Positions 52,659 to 64,000 of a DNA stretch of 64,000 nt are shown piece after piece. Under the pieces are notes generated by a model that saw nothing but the letters and a program-made list of their open reading frames with translations, made no database searches and was not told where the DNA came from. The DNA lies in the NCBI GenBank assembly GCA_964016885.1, contig OZ024760.1, positions 18,724,001-18,788,000 of the forward strand, given 5' to 3'. This stretch comes from Eledone cirrhosa. Its lineage: Eukaryota. Position 1 is the stretch's first letter; each line of letters opens with the position of its first letter. Both the position numbers and the translations under genes were made by a program.

Positions 52659-53627
52659 GTAATAATAATAATAAGTTGTCCAAGGAAACAATGGCTTATG
52701 TGAAGTTAATTTATTCAGAAATTTGATTGTCATTTGAAATAGAAATAAATAAATTCAATGACATTTATTTTATCTCTACATTTAAATTACTTATGATGTA
52801 ATATATTTTTTTTTGATGTATACTTTCTTTGATTGTACGAATTAATATATACTAGCAGAAATGCCATCTGAGGGTGGTTTTCTGCTAACCTGTGTAGTGT
52901 GTATATTGATACGCAAATATACATGCATGTAGATATGATACGTCAAATAAAATCGTAATTGACAATATGCACAGAAATTAAAGAGAGACTGTGTTACACT
53001 CTCTTCTGTAATCAGTAAAATAATCCTTGATACATTTAAAATAGACGATATTATATATAAACTGCATTACGGTGAAATGTAATGAAAACGAAAAAGGAGA
53101 AAATTAGCGACAGAAATATAAACGTTGTGATATAACGATGTAAATATATGACCGTTTATATAAGCGATGTTATATAGCGTCCGTTATATCATAACCGGAA
53201 GTATTGACATTTGAAAATTTTAAATGAAGTGAATCTTAATATAAGCAATTATTAAGTATAAGAATATTTATGTTTATTCAACAGCTACGAAATTTAGTAG
53301 ATAAATTATATAATAGTTATTCATTATTTTTTCAAAGTAATCCAACTTATTTTACTAACGGGATAAAAAAATATATTCTGGACACAGTCCCGCACTCTTC
53401 CCTTTATTGTATTATCATTTGTAATGTATTTCGGAATTGTATCACTAGCATTATTAAAAATACCAACTTTAGTATAATGAACTTTTTTTTTCTAATTAAT
53501 TATTTGTTCTATAACAGCGATCGCCAACCTTTCAGATCTCACGGACATCACGGACCACTAAATTCCTAATTTTAAATCCTGCGGACCATCAATAAGAATT
53601 AAAAAGAAGATAAATACGTTTGTAAAA

Positions 53628-53815
53628 TAATTGTTTCTACTTTTGACACAAGGCCAGCAATTACTCAGTACATTACTGGTACTTTATTTTATCGACCCCG
53701 TAAGGATGAAAAGCAAAGTTAACCTCGCCGGGATTTGAACTCAGAATGGCAAGGGCTGTAACTCTCTCTATGCGTCAAAGCATAGCGTCCGACCCTCTAC
53801 TGATACTGTCAATAC
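53628..53815 (-). mobile_element. SINE
   Basis: Reverse complement of the common SINE. Confidence 0.85.
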
Positions 53816-53886
53816 ACAAAATAATGATCAGAGAACTTCCATTTTATTAAACAATACTGAAGCGTACGTGTGTCATATTATTAAAA

Positions 53887-54197
53887 CTATTTGAAAGGTG
53901 GGTGAAAGTAGCGAGCATGGTCCGTGTGAATGGGCCTGCCTTGAGCATACACCTGTAGATTGGAGTAGAAAAACTGGAAGAGAGCACTCTGCCCTGGCAG
54001 ACAGGGTGACCGTGGCTTTTGTGGGATTTCTACACGAGTGACCCTTAGAGTCTCCTCAACTTTGGGGGAAGTTGTTATGTTTGTTTTAAATGTTTATTTT
54101 CTTAGTCCCTGTTGTAAATTCTATTTTACACAAAGAAAAACCCAGTACCGTCTTTAATGTTTCCTTAATGTGAGACCTGTGTGGATAATAAAGAAAT
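53887..54197 (+). mobile_element. Short 3' fragment of a Tx1-type LINE with 11-bp target-site duplication TATTATTAAAA
   Basis: gaaaggtgggtgaaagtagcgag (ERWVKVA); TSD at 53876-53886 and 54198-54208. Confidence 0.8.
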
Positions 54198-55419
54198 TAT
54201 TATTAAAAATATCACCCTTAGTATAATGAACTTTTTAAAATTAATTATTTATCCTATGTCTTCTGTGATTTTAAAGATATCCCTGTCAACAACAGAATTA
54301 GTTTATTGGTATAGTCGTGTACAGTTTTGATACCAAACCGCTGGAATTTGACTCTGCTTCCATGATACTAAACTGTTTGTTTTAAAGTGTATGCGTTTAT
54401 CAAATAAAGACCTTCCAATATAATTTTATGTAAGCAGCTTTGTTAAGTTATCCTCCATACGCCAGATAAAAACTAACAAATTCAGTTATATTACAAAATC
54501 TCTCAAAATTCTTGATTATTTTCAAAAATCATTTCAATGGTATAGGCAGAGTTCTTCATTGGAAATATGCCAAAGAAAGAATTAAATAACCAAGCAAAAA
54601 TCAAATTTGATATGTTGTATGAGATTTTTTCATCTAATAGAGAAATGAAATAAAGTGTTATTTTCATCATAAGAATACTTGAATTCATCTGAAAAATCTA
54701 TTCAAAGTTGATTAAATTGGCTATTTTGATGTGACACTCAGTAAGAAGATGCAAGTAAACTATCTAAAGAAAAGAAGAGAAATTTACAGATCAAAATATT
54801 TTTAAAAATCGTTTCAATTATATTATACAAATAAATTCGTAGCTTTCCAAGATTTCAGATCTTGTTACTTGTTCTTGCGACCAACAGGAGAGTAATTTAA
54901 TCAATCTCACTGAAATTAATTTAATTACTTTGAGGTAGGATAAATGTATTGATCGCTGGAAGTATAATGAAGATTTTCATCATTTGAAACGTTGTCAATG
55001 GTCCTTGTATTCATCATTAACTTCCTCTTATCGATTCATCTTAACATGTCAACCAAGTATTTGAAAAATCTCCTACTAATGATGTAGCTTTGATGGAGTC
55101 TTCATTAGATTTTAGCCGGATAGTGACTATGGACGTTGAAATAAATTTAATCGTTTCAGGTTAAAATATTATTACTAACTGTCAACAGCATTTATCTCGT
55201 ACAACAAACAAACGATTTCGTCGCTAGGTGGCAGTCAATAAAAACTTAAATTTTAGTTAGTTACCCCGCCCAACAACAACGTTTAAGCCTTTAGCATTTA
55301 ACTCGGCCATATCCGGCTAGAAATCTCTCACCTCTTTCTGTTCAAACCATCCATAACCGGCCATTTATACTGATGTTAAGGTATTGTCCTCAAAATAAAT
55401 AATATAAAAAATCTCATAG

Positions 55420-55812
55420 ATACTGGGTAAGTGCTGGCCTTGTGCCAAAAGTAGAAACAATTATTTTACTGTGTGTACGAGGTTAACTTTGCCGTTCATC
55501 CTTACCGGGGTCGATAAAACAAAGTACCAGTAATTCACTGGGATAATTGCTGGCCTTGTGCCAAAAGCAGAAACATTTATTTACTAAGTGTACGAGGTTA
55601 ACTTTGTCGTTCATCCTTACCGGGGTCGATAAAACAAAGTACCAGTAATTCACTGGGATAATTGCTGGCCTTGTGCCAAAAGCAGAAACATTTATTTACT
55701 AAGTGTACGAGGTTAACTTTGTCGTTCATCCTTACCGGGGTCGGTAAAACAAAGTACCAGTAATTCACTGGGATAATTGCTGGCCTTGTGCCTAAAGTAG
55801 AAACAATTATTT
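55420..55812 (+). mobile_element. SINE 3'-half multimer, 115-bp period
   Basis: cgaggttaac at 55478, 55593 and 55708. Confidence 0.9.
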
Positions 55813-55968
55813 TATGTGATCATGATGGTCAAATTGAATCATTTTCTGAATAGCTCAGATGTAACAATTCTGAGTTGGGAATTAAATCAACATTTTGTCA
55901 GTCTTGTGTAACCACGAAGAAGTGTAGATGAATATAACACAATGTCTATTACCTATGTTATTATTATT

Positions 55969-58900
55969 CATCTAGATCGTATATAGACAGGATATTCATT
56001 AGGAAAATAGACAGAAATAGTGTAAGCTGTCCACGTTTTGAAACGGTCGCCTATTCAGATCACAAGTTTGTGATCTGTATGGTCGATCTAGATAAGACGC
56101 GTAGGTTAGGACCTGGTTACTGGAAGCTAAACATGTCATTTCCGGCACGTAAGGCTTACAGGGACCAGGTCAACAATTTAGTTAAGTAAAAGTTGACATG
56201 GGGAGTCGTCAACAATAGATGGTGGAGGGCTCTCAAAAGAGAGATTAGTGTAATGTCGATAGAGTTTAGCAAAGAAGTAGCATTAGAGAAAAATAGAAAG
56301 GAGGGGGAGTTGGTAGATAAGTTAGACGAGGCTATTGGTAGTGGCATTGCAACTGTGTGCTAGTGGCGAGAATGGCATTAGACCATTTCTTCAATGCGAA
56401 ACACGAAGGTTGCATTGTCAGAGCTAAGGCGCGTGCTCTGAGAAACGAGGGAACCAAAGCTGTTCGATGGGCTCGCGTGGCAGAGGCGCAGCGTGGTAAT
56501 AAAACCACGATTCGGTCTTTGACGGACCGAGACGGGCACGAGCTGAGCGATTCCAAAAGGATGTGTGAGGCCTTTCGCCAACATTTTGCTCGGTTGTTCG
56601 GGGGAAGTGGTGGGTCACAGATGGTGGCGGACTTCAGTCCCTACCTCGATGGCTTGCCGCAACTCTCGACGGCTGACGCTGGGCGCTGCGAAAGGCCAAT
56701 TACTTCAGCCGAGATTCAGGATGCCCTTGTAGGCTGCATGAGGCGCAAGTCACCCGGTTTGGATGGTCTGCCCTACGAGCTTTACGTAAATATGCCAGAA
56801 TTGTTCTCCAATCTCCTCGAAGCCCTCTACTGCAACTGGCAGCAAAACGGGAGTATTCCCAGTTCTGTGAGCCGGGGCGTAGTGACGCTGATAAGGAAAG
56901 ACGAGAACAAGAGGGACACATTAGACAATTTCAGGCCCATAACTCTGCTCAACACAGAGTTTAAGATTTTGGCCAGGGTGTTAGCGAGGAGGTTGGCGCT
57001 TGTCGTCGGGGATTTGGTTGGGGAGGCGCAAACTTGCGCAATCCCAACCAGGTCCATACACGACAACCTCCACCTAATGCGATACATCATAGAGAGAGTA
57101 GGGTGTAAACCTGGCTTCGGTGGGGCTCTGATCAATTTAGATCAATCGAAAGCATTCGATAGGGTCGACCATCGGTATCTGGAGGCTGTCCTCAAGGCGG
57201 CTGGCTTCGGCCCCGTCTTCAGAAGCTGGATCGCTGCAATGCACAGCGGCACCTGCTCGATGGTCAAAATTAATGGCCACCTCTCGGAACCGTTTAAGGT
57301 CTCCCGATCGGTCCGTCAAGGGTGCCCTCTCTCCTCCCTTCTGTACGTATTGACTCTCGAGCCTTTACTGCGGAAGCTGGAGCTGTTGCAGGGCATCCCG
57401 CTCGAACCGGGACGCGGAAAGGCTGTGTCGGCTTATGCGGACGACATCACCGTGATGGTGTCGGACACCTCAGAAATCGAGGTGGTCGGCAACTTATTGG
57501 AGGAATATGAAAGGTTGACGGGAGCAAAACTTAACACGGAAAAGTCAGTAGGCTTGCAACTCGGCACCTGGAGAGGCAAGTCGATGCCGTCCAACAGCGT
57601 CGTTAGGCGCTGGACAGACGGACCGGTAAAGTTGCTAGGGGTTTGGTTCGGGCCAGACCTCCAGGTGGATAAGAATTGGGACGATGTGACGGGCAGGATA
57701 GTCAGTCTCACCCAGAAATGGGCTGGGATGAAGCTATCACCGAAAGGTCGGTGGGAGGTGGCGAACGCGTACATCGCGTCCGCCATCTACTACCGTCTGA
57801 CTGTCGTCCCTTGCCCCAGTTCGCGCCTCGCCATCTTGGAGCGGTTCCTCTTCAAATTCTTGTGGAGGGGTCAGGTTCCGTCGGTGAGGCGGTCCATCTG
57901 CTGCCAGCACCCTCTACGTGGAGGGCTGGGCATGCCGTGGCTAATGATGCGCAGGCACGCGCTGAGGCTGCGGCATCTCCAGATATTCTGTCTAAACGGT
58001 GAACAGGTGTGGTCGCCGTTTGTCAGACGGGCCTTTCTGCAGCTCGTTTCTTTGACTGAGTTGCAGTCCTGGGTCAAGAAGAGACCGAGACTGGGTGACT
58101 GGCATCTGGAATGTTGCCAGGCACTCACTGCCCTCTACCAGGCGGGCAATGCGGTCAGTGGAACTTCCATTCTCGAGTTCTATAGAGGATTAGTGGTGGG
58201 CAAGTGCGACGACGCACTCGGAGAGGCTCTGGGAGTCAACGAAGTCGAACTAACCAGTCTGTACCGGAGGACTTTCGAGCCGGGGACGATGGATAATTTC
58301 CAAAAATCCCTCGCTTGGCAGTGCTACCGGGGGGCACTGCCGGTTCGAGATAAACTCTACAGGCACGGAAGTGCTGTCAGACGGACCTGCCCGAGATGCG
58401 CGCAGAGCGACGAAACCGTTCTGCACGCACTCGTCCAGTGTCCGTGCATTACTGACGTGTGGAGTTATGTTGAACATCTGTTGTCGCGTATAGAACAGAT
58501 CCGGCTATCGGCCGAGTCCATAGTAAAGATCGACCCGCCGCCTTCTTTTGGTCAGGAAGGGCAGGCAATTTTCCTCTGTCTGGTGGCAGTAGCGAAAGAG
58601 GTTGTATGGTGGACGAAGTTGAAAGGACTGAAGACAGACACTTTTCTCTTCGGCCAATCCCTCATCAACTTTTTCAAGTTTCACTTGGAAAGGAAGGTGA
58701 GGGTGGAGAGAGAAGTGCTGCCCCCCAGTACATTTACTGAAAGGTGGGTGAATGTGGCGAGAATGGCCCGTGTGAGTGGGCCTACTCTGGTCATGCGACT
58801 GTAGGTAGGTAAATTTGAAGAGGAGAGGGGTGCCCTTCCAGGGTGCTCTCGAAGCGTCAGGTCGTTCAGGACCGGTGGGGTACCTGAGCGAACCCTAGGT

Positions 58901-59080
58901 GGTCATCCCCCCTATTGGGGAATTTTTTCTTGTTGTAATTTTCTTGATACTTTTTGGTTACTTTGTTATTGTTACTTTGTTTATTCATATTGTTTACTCG
59001 ATTTTTCTGTAAAACCCCACTATCCCAGTCTTTTGTACTGTCCCCTATATGTCGGCCCTTGTGGCCAATAAATGAAATCA
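55969..59080 (+). pseudogene. 5'-truncated Tx1 family B LINE (ORF2 from late APE to end; RT region open at 56357-58804)
   Basis: Stop at 56187 and a frameshift near 56350; RT motifs intact; (TTA)n at both junctions. Confidence 0.93.
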
Positions 59081-59089
59081 TTATTATTA

Positions 59090-59213
59090 ACTTGCCATTC
59101 TGAGTTCAAATCCCGCCGAGGTTAACTTTGCCTTTCATCCTTACGGGGTCGATAAAATAAAGTACCAGTAATGTACTGGGTATGTACTGGCCTTGTGCCA
59201 AAAAGTAGAAACG

Positions 59214-59247
<34 letters not shown>

Positions 59248-59435
59248 CAGGCGGTGGATTGGCAGTATCGGTAGAGTGTCGGACGCCATGCTTTGACGCA
59301 TAGAGTTACGGCCCTTGCCATTCTGAGTTCAAATGCCGCCGAGGTTAACTTTGCCTTTCATCCTTACGGGGTCGATAAAATAAAGTACCAGTAATGCACT
59401 GGGCAATTGCTGGCCTTGTGCCAAAAGTAGAAACA

Positions 59436-59440
<5 letters not shown>
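59090..59440 (+). mobile_element. Two SINE copies, each followed by (TTA)n
   Basis: Common SINE core. Confidence 0.9.
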
Positions 59441-59480
<40 letters not shown>

Positions 59481-59763
59481 TGTATTTGTATCTATCATAC
59501 TAAGTGCGAATGATTCGGTATTCAGATATCTTTGCTACAAACTATGTAGTTCTTACATTGCTTTAGAATTTTAAATGAATGCTCTTTGACAACGTAGGCA
59601 GGAATAAAGCGCGTTGACATGTTTAAAGGAAGATTTTACTTTACACCTCACAGTATTTCCAATGGAATCTGTCTTCTATGGTGCACCCCCGGGGAAATCT
59701 CTAGACGTTTGGTTGAAGATTAATTTCATTTGAAAGCTTCCTGGATACATACATACATCCTGG

Positions 59764-59798
<35 letters not shown>

Positions 59799-59971
59799 TA
59801 TATATATATATATATACATATATATACATACATATATATATACATACATATATATATACATATATACATATATATATATACATACATACATACATACATA
59901 TATATATATATATACATACATATATATATATATACATACATATATATATATATACATACATATATATATAT

Positions 59972-60044
<73 letters not shown>

Positions 60045-60065
60045 CATACATATATATATATATAT

Positions 60066-60124
<59 letters not shown>

Positions 60125-60140
60125 GATATATTTTTATATA

Positions 60141-60178
<38 letters not shown>

Positions 60179-60190
60179 CATATATATTTA

Positions 60191-60270
<80 letters not shown>

Positions 60271-60372
60271 CATATATATATATACATATATATTTATATA
60301 TATATACACACACACGCACACACATATATATATATACATACATATATATATAAAAACATACATATATATATA

Positions 60373-60424
<52 letters not shown>

Positions 60425-60555
60425 TATATATACATATATATACATATATATATATATATATTTATATATATATGTATATATAATTATTTATTCATTTGAA
60501 CCGGTAATATAGAGCGAACGTATGATGGAATAGAAAATGTTAACATATATGTATG

Positions 60556-60600
<45 letters not shown>

Positions 60601-60808
60601 TATATATATATATATATACACACATATATATATACATATATATACATATATATATATACATATACATTAACATTTGCTCTTTCACTAAATGTACGCTTTA
60701 ATTTATTTTGGTGAAAGAGCAAATGTTAATGTATATGTATATATATACGTATGTTAATATATATATGTACATACATATATACATATATATACATATATAC
60801 ATGCATAT

Positions 60809-60907
<99 letters not shown>

Positions 60908-60982
60908 ATATATAAGTATATAGATATATATATACATATACAATATATTAATAAATGGAAACTATATTTATAAAGCCATAAT

Positions 60983-61037
60983 TATTTTATTATATATATT
61001 TCAAGGGCGACTTGGTGCGCTTTCATCAGATAAAATA
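60983..61037 (-). ncRNA. Family P3 hammerhead with shortened stem II
   Basis: Reverse complement: tattttat-CTGATGA-aag...ctt-GAAA-TATATA-TA-ataaaata. Confidence 0.55.
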
Positions 61038-61611
61038 CAAAATTTGTTTTATAAAGAGTGACATAACCATGGAAAATAATCTTGACGGTTGAAAATTCGC
61101 GAATTACTAAAATCTTTCTCTATGCAATGTTTGCAATAAAAAATGTCTTCTCTTTTCTTTACAAATGTTATTTACATACAGAGAAACAAACTTTTCTTTT
61201 ACTTTTCTATATTTGTGTGTAACATTTTGATAAGGAGAGCAGATTGCTGACACTGTTACTAGGCTATGAAATTATTTCTTGCGATACTAACACTACTTCC
61301 ATCTGAAAATATCAATAAAATATCAATAAAATCAATTATCCTTAAAACCTCAAGAGTACTAAATTATGTGTTTGTGTATATATTTATATATATGTGTTTA
61401 TATTTGTATATATATATATATATATATATATAGAATAAGTAAAAGCGAAGTAGTTTCAGATGTTCAAGTCCTTTAATAATAATTGTTTCTACTTTAGGCA
61501 CAAGGCCAGCAATTACCCAGTGCATTACTGGTACTTTATTTTATCGACCCCGTAAGGATGAAAGGCAAAATAAAGTACCAGTAATGCAAAATAAAGTCCT
61601 TTAATAATAAT

Positions 61612-61685
61612 GCTGTGATATATATTTCAATGACGACACTGGCCACACAGTTCTGTGTGCGAGTGTCGTGACATCATCAGATAGC
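61612..61685 (-). ncRNA. Type-I hammerhead ribozyme
   Basis: Reverse complement: gctat-CTGATGA-tgtc-acgacact...agtgtcgt-catt-GAAA-TATATA-TC-acagc. Confidence 0.7.
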
Positions 61686-62685
61686 TTGTTACATAATAAG
61701 GTTATGTTTCCGAGGCAATCCAAGTTGAATCGACATGGGAACGGACGAAGTGTGTGCTTTTGGGTTCTTCATGCGTTCCCCTGTGAGTACCAATTCACCC
61801 CCACCGGTCTGCGCAGGCGCATGTCCGAAGGAAGTTGACCATTAGCTACCGCCTCTCAGTCAAACAATGACCCATTTAGGCCTGTACCATAGTTGACTGC
61901 TACCCATCCTGTCTGTGACAGTCAGCCGAAAGCCAGAGGGGATGGGAGAGTGTTAGTTTTTATAGGTCACAATACTACCTCTCACCAAGCTTAATACAGG
62001 ATGTTTGTTTACAAACACACCGAGCATTATAATAAATGTTTGGTGAATCCATACGTACATATATATATGTGGCATGTATGTATATATATATACATACTAC
62101 TGTGCGTCTATATACATGTATGTATGTACGTATACATACTTATATTTAAGTAACAGCCGTACTAAGAGTGGGAAATGAAATTTCGTTTCATTTTTTCCGT
62201 TTATATATATATATATATATATATTTAGGTTTGTTGGTTCACCACTGGATAGAATTTGTCATTCCGTATGCTCAATCTTGATGTAATATTATGGAGAGTA
62301 CTCAACGTAGTGCAGTTCACCCGTCTTCGTTTGTGTAGTTGGTGGTGCTAATATGGAGTTAATTATTACAAATAAAATAACAGGAGGCTGGACTTCAAAA
62401 GTTTATTATACTATGAAATCCTTCAAAAGTTTATTATACTATGATCATTTCAATGACCCGGTTCCGTATGAATCCGGTGATATCATCAGGTATTCGAAAT
62501 ATAACAAAGGAATATATAAAATGCATGGGTCCGAAAATCAGAGACAGATAGGACGACTGCCCAACTAGCTGCTTTCACCTCGGTCAGTCGCCCTCAAGTG
62601 ATGGCAACTCGGTCTACTAATGACCATCTGGTGAGGGGGCGAAGGCTTATAATGTACTACCACCTCTCCGTCAGAGAATAAAAAA

Positions 62686-62757
<72 letters not shown>

Positions 62758-63829
62758 AAAGTCAGCGTAAGGGTCACGCTACAGTCATGCTAGAGGACGC
62801 CGCGAAAAATGTTATTCCAAAGAACTCATAATTTAACAAATGCATATATATGGGTGTCTGTATGGTCTAATGTGTGAACAGAAAATTGGAACGTTAACTT
62901 ATGTTAAGAGTTATAGGATGAAATTAAATTATTAGAAAATTAATAGAAAATGAAAGGTTTGTGCTGCTAGATTTATTTAATGAAATTACAAAGAGAGAGT
63001 CATATATGAAAAAGTTTAAGTGTATTATAGGGAATCTCGATAAGTTATCAAGGTGGGATATAGAGTAAAGATAAAAGCCTTCGATTGTAAATCCCAGCCA
63101 GCACCTCCTAACCACGTGTCAGCCAGTTTCGAGTGGTATGGTGTAGCGAAATAAATGGAAATTAATTTTTCCGAGTACTCTAGGAATGTAACTGCGATAG
63201 GCTCCGGGTGTGCCAGGCGAAAGTCAACCAGCTTCTACAGGCCATCGTCTATACCAAACGAATACTATTAATTCCTGTGTGGTATTAATAGTAGTCGTTC
63301 AAGAAGAAGAAAAAAAAAAGAAAGAAGAAGAAGATGAAAAAGAACACCACCACCACCAACAACAACAACACCCACAACAACAAATATTCCGATATTGAAT
63401 TCTAGGTATATGTCATTAACGAAATATTAGGTTAAAAGTGTTTCCCATTATCTTTCTCGTAATGGGGTCGATAAAATAAAGTACCAATAATACACTGGGT
63501 AATTGCTGGCCTTGTGCCAAAAAGGTAGAAACAATTATCTTTCTCGTAATGACTTTATCATTTAGTTTGTATTTTTGGTTTTGTTATTTCATCACAAAGA
63601 GACACGCTATTATCTCCCTTGTGTATTAATTAACTTTAAAAGGGAGCTAATGATATCTGACTAAAATAATTGAAATCTGAAACTTTTTACCTTTTCTGTA
63701 AACGTTTTCATTATCAGAAACTATTAAAATGGTTACATATCAAAAAAAAAAATTAGATTCTGTGAAAGGTTTATGATTGGTTACCCCATAATTTACACCC
63801 CCGCTCCCCTTCTCTCTCTTCACTAAAAA

Positions 63830-64000
63830 AATAAACAAACAAACACCCACCAAAAAATGAATAAACAAGCACCCACCTCCCCCAAAACACCCCACACCCA
63901 CCTACCTCAAACAAATCCCCACACCCACCTCCAAAAACACCCCACACCAATTTACTCCCAATCCCCCACACCCACCTCCAAAATATCCCCCACACCCACC
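63830..64000. repeat. C/A-rich low-complexity repeat (G-runs on the minus strand)
   Basis: Repeated ccccacacccacc. Confidence 0.8.

Noticed and set aside
53514-53592. hAT-like left end cagcgatcgccaaccttt (and a piggyBac-like start near 55285)
   Set aside because: No matching second terminus or TSD seen; the resemblance is from memory only.
54503-54688. Possible host exon (tttttcag before ATG on the minus strand)
   Set aside because: Short, AT-rich, no recognisable domain or partner exons.
45526-58477. Short antisense or alternate-frame ORFs overlapping the LINE ORFs
   Set aside because: Expected shadows of coding sequence; their similarity between families follows ORF2 conservation.

Overview
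AT-rich, microsatellite-saturated eukaryotic (animal) genomic DNA. The dominant tRNA-derived SINE looks cephalopod/octopus-like; that is inferred from memory, not searched. No convincing host gene was found; the recognisable content is mobile DNA and repeats. (1) One apparently intact two-ORF L1/Tx1-type LINE (45315-51160) plus four 5'-truncated copies, all embedded in (TATC)n, and a sister group whose four copies are associated with (TTA)n. (2) R4/Dong-type, RTE-type and CRE-type non-LTR fragments. (3) Many SINE copies and SINE multimers. (4) Tandem arrays with 27-, 31-, 47-, 65-, 123- and 483-bp units. (5) The most striking signal, invisible to the ORF track: about 20 type-I hammerhead-ribozyme (HHR) motifs from about 10 unrelated sequence families, mostly in (TA)n-flanked islands, often with fold-back or partial-tandem ends as in Penelope-like pLTRs and non-LTR retrozymes. 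The best case is a young 483-bp head-to-tail array (37567-39793) with one intact-looking HHR per unit, which predicts a 483-nt self-cleaved, possibly circular RNA. All structure calls were made by eye; coordinates may be off by a few bases.
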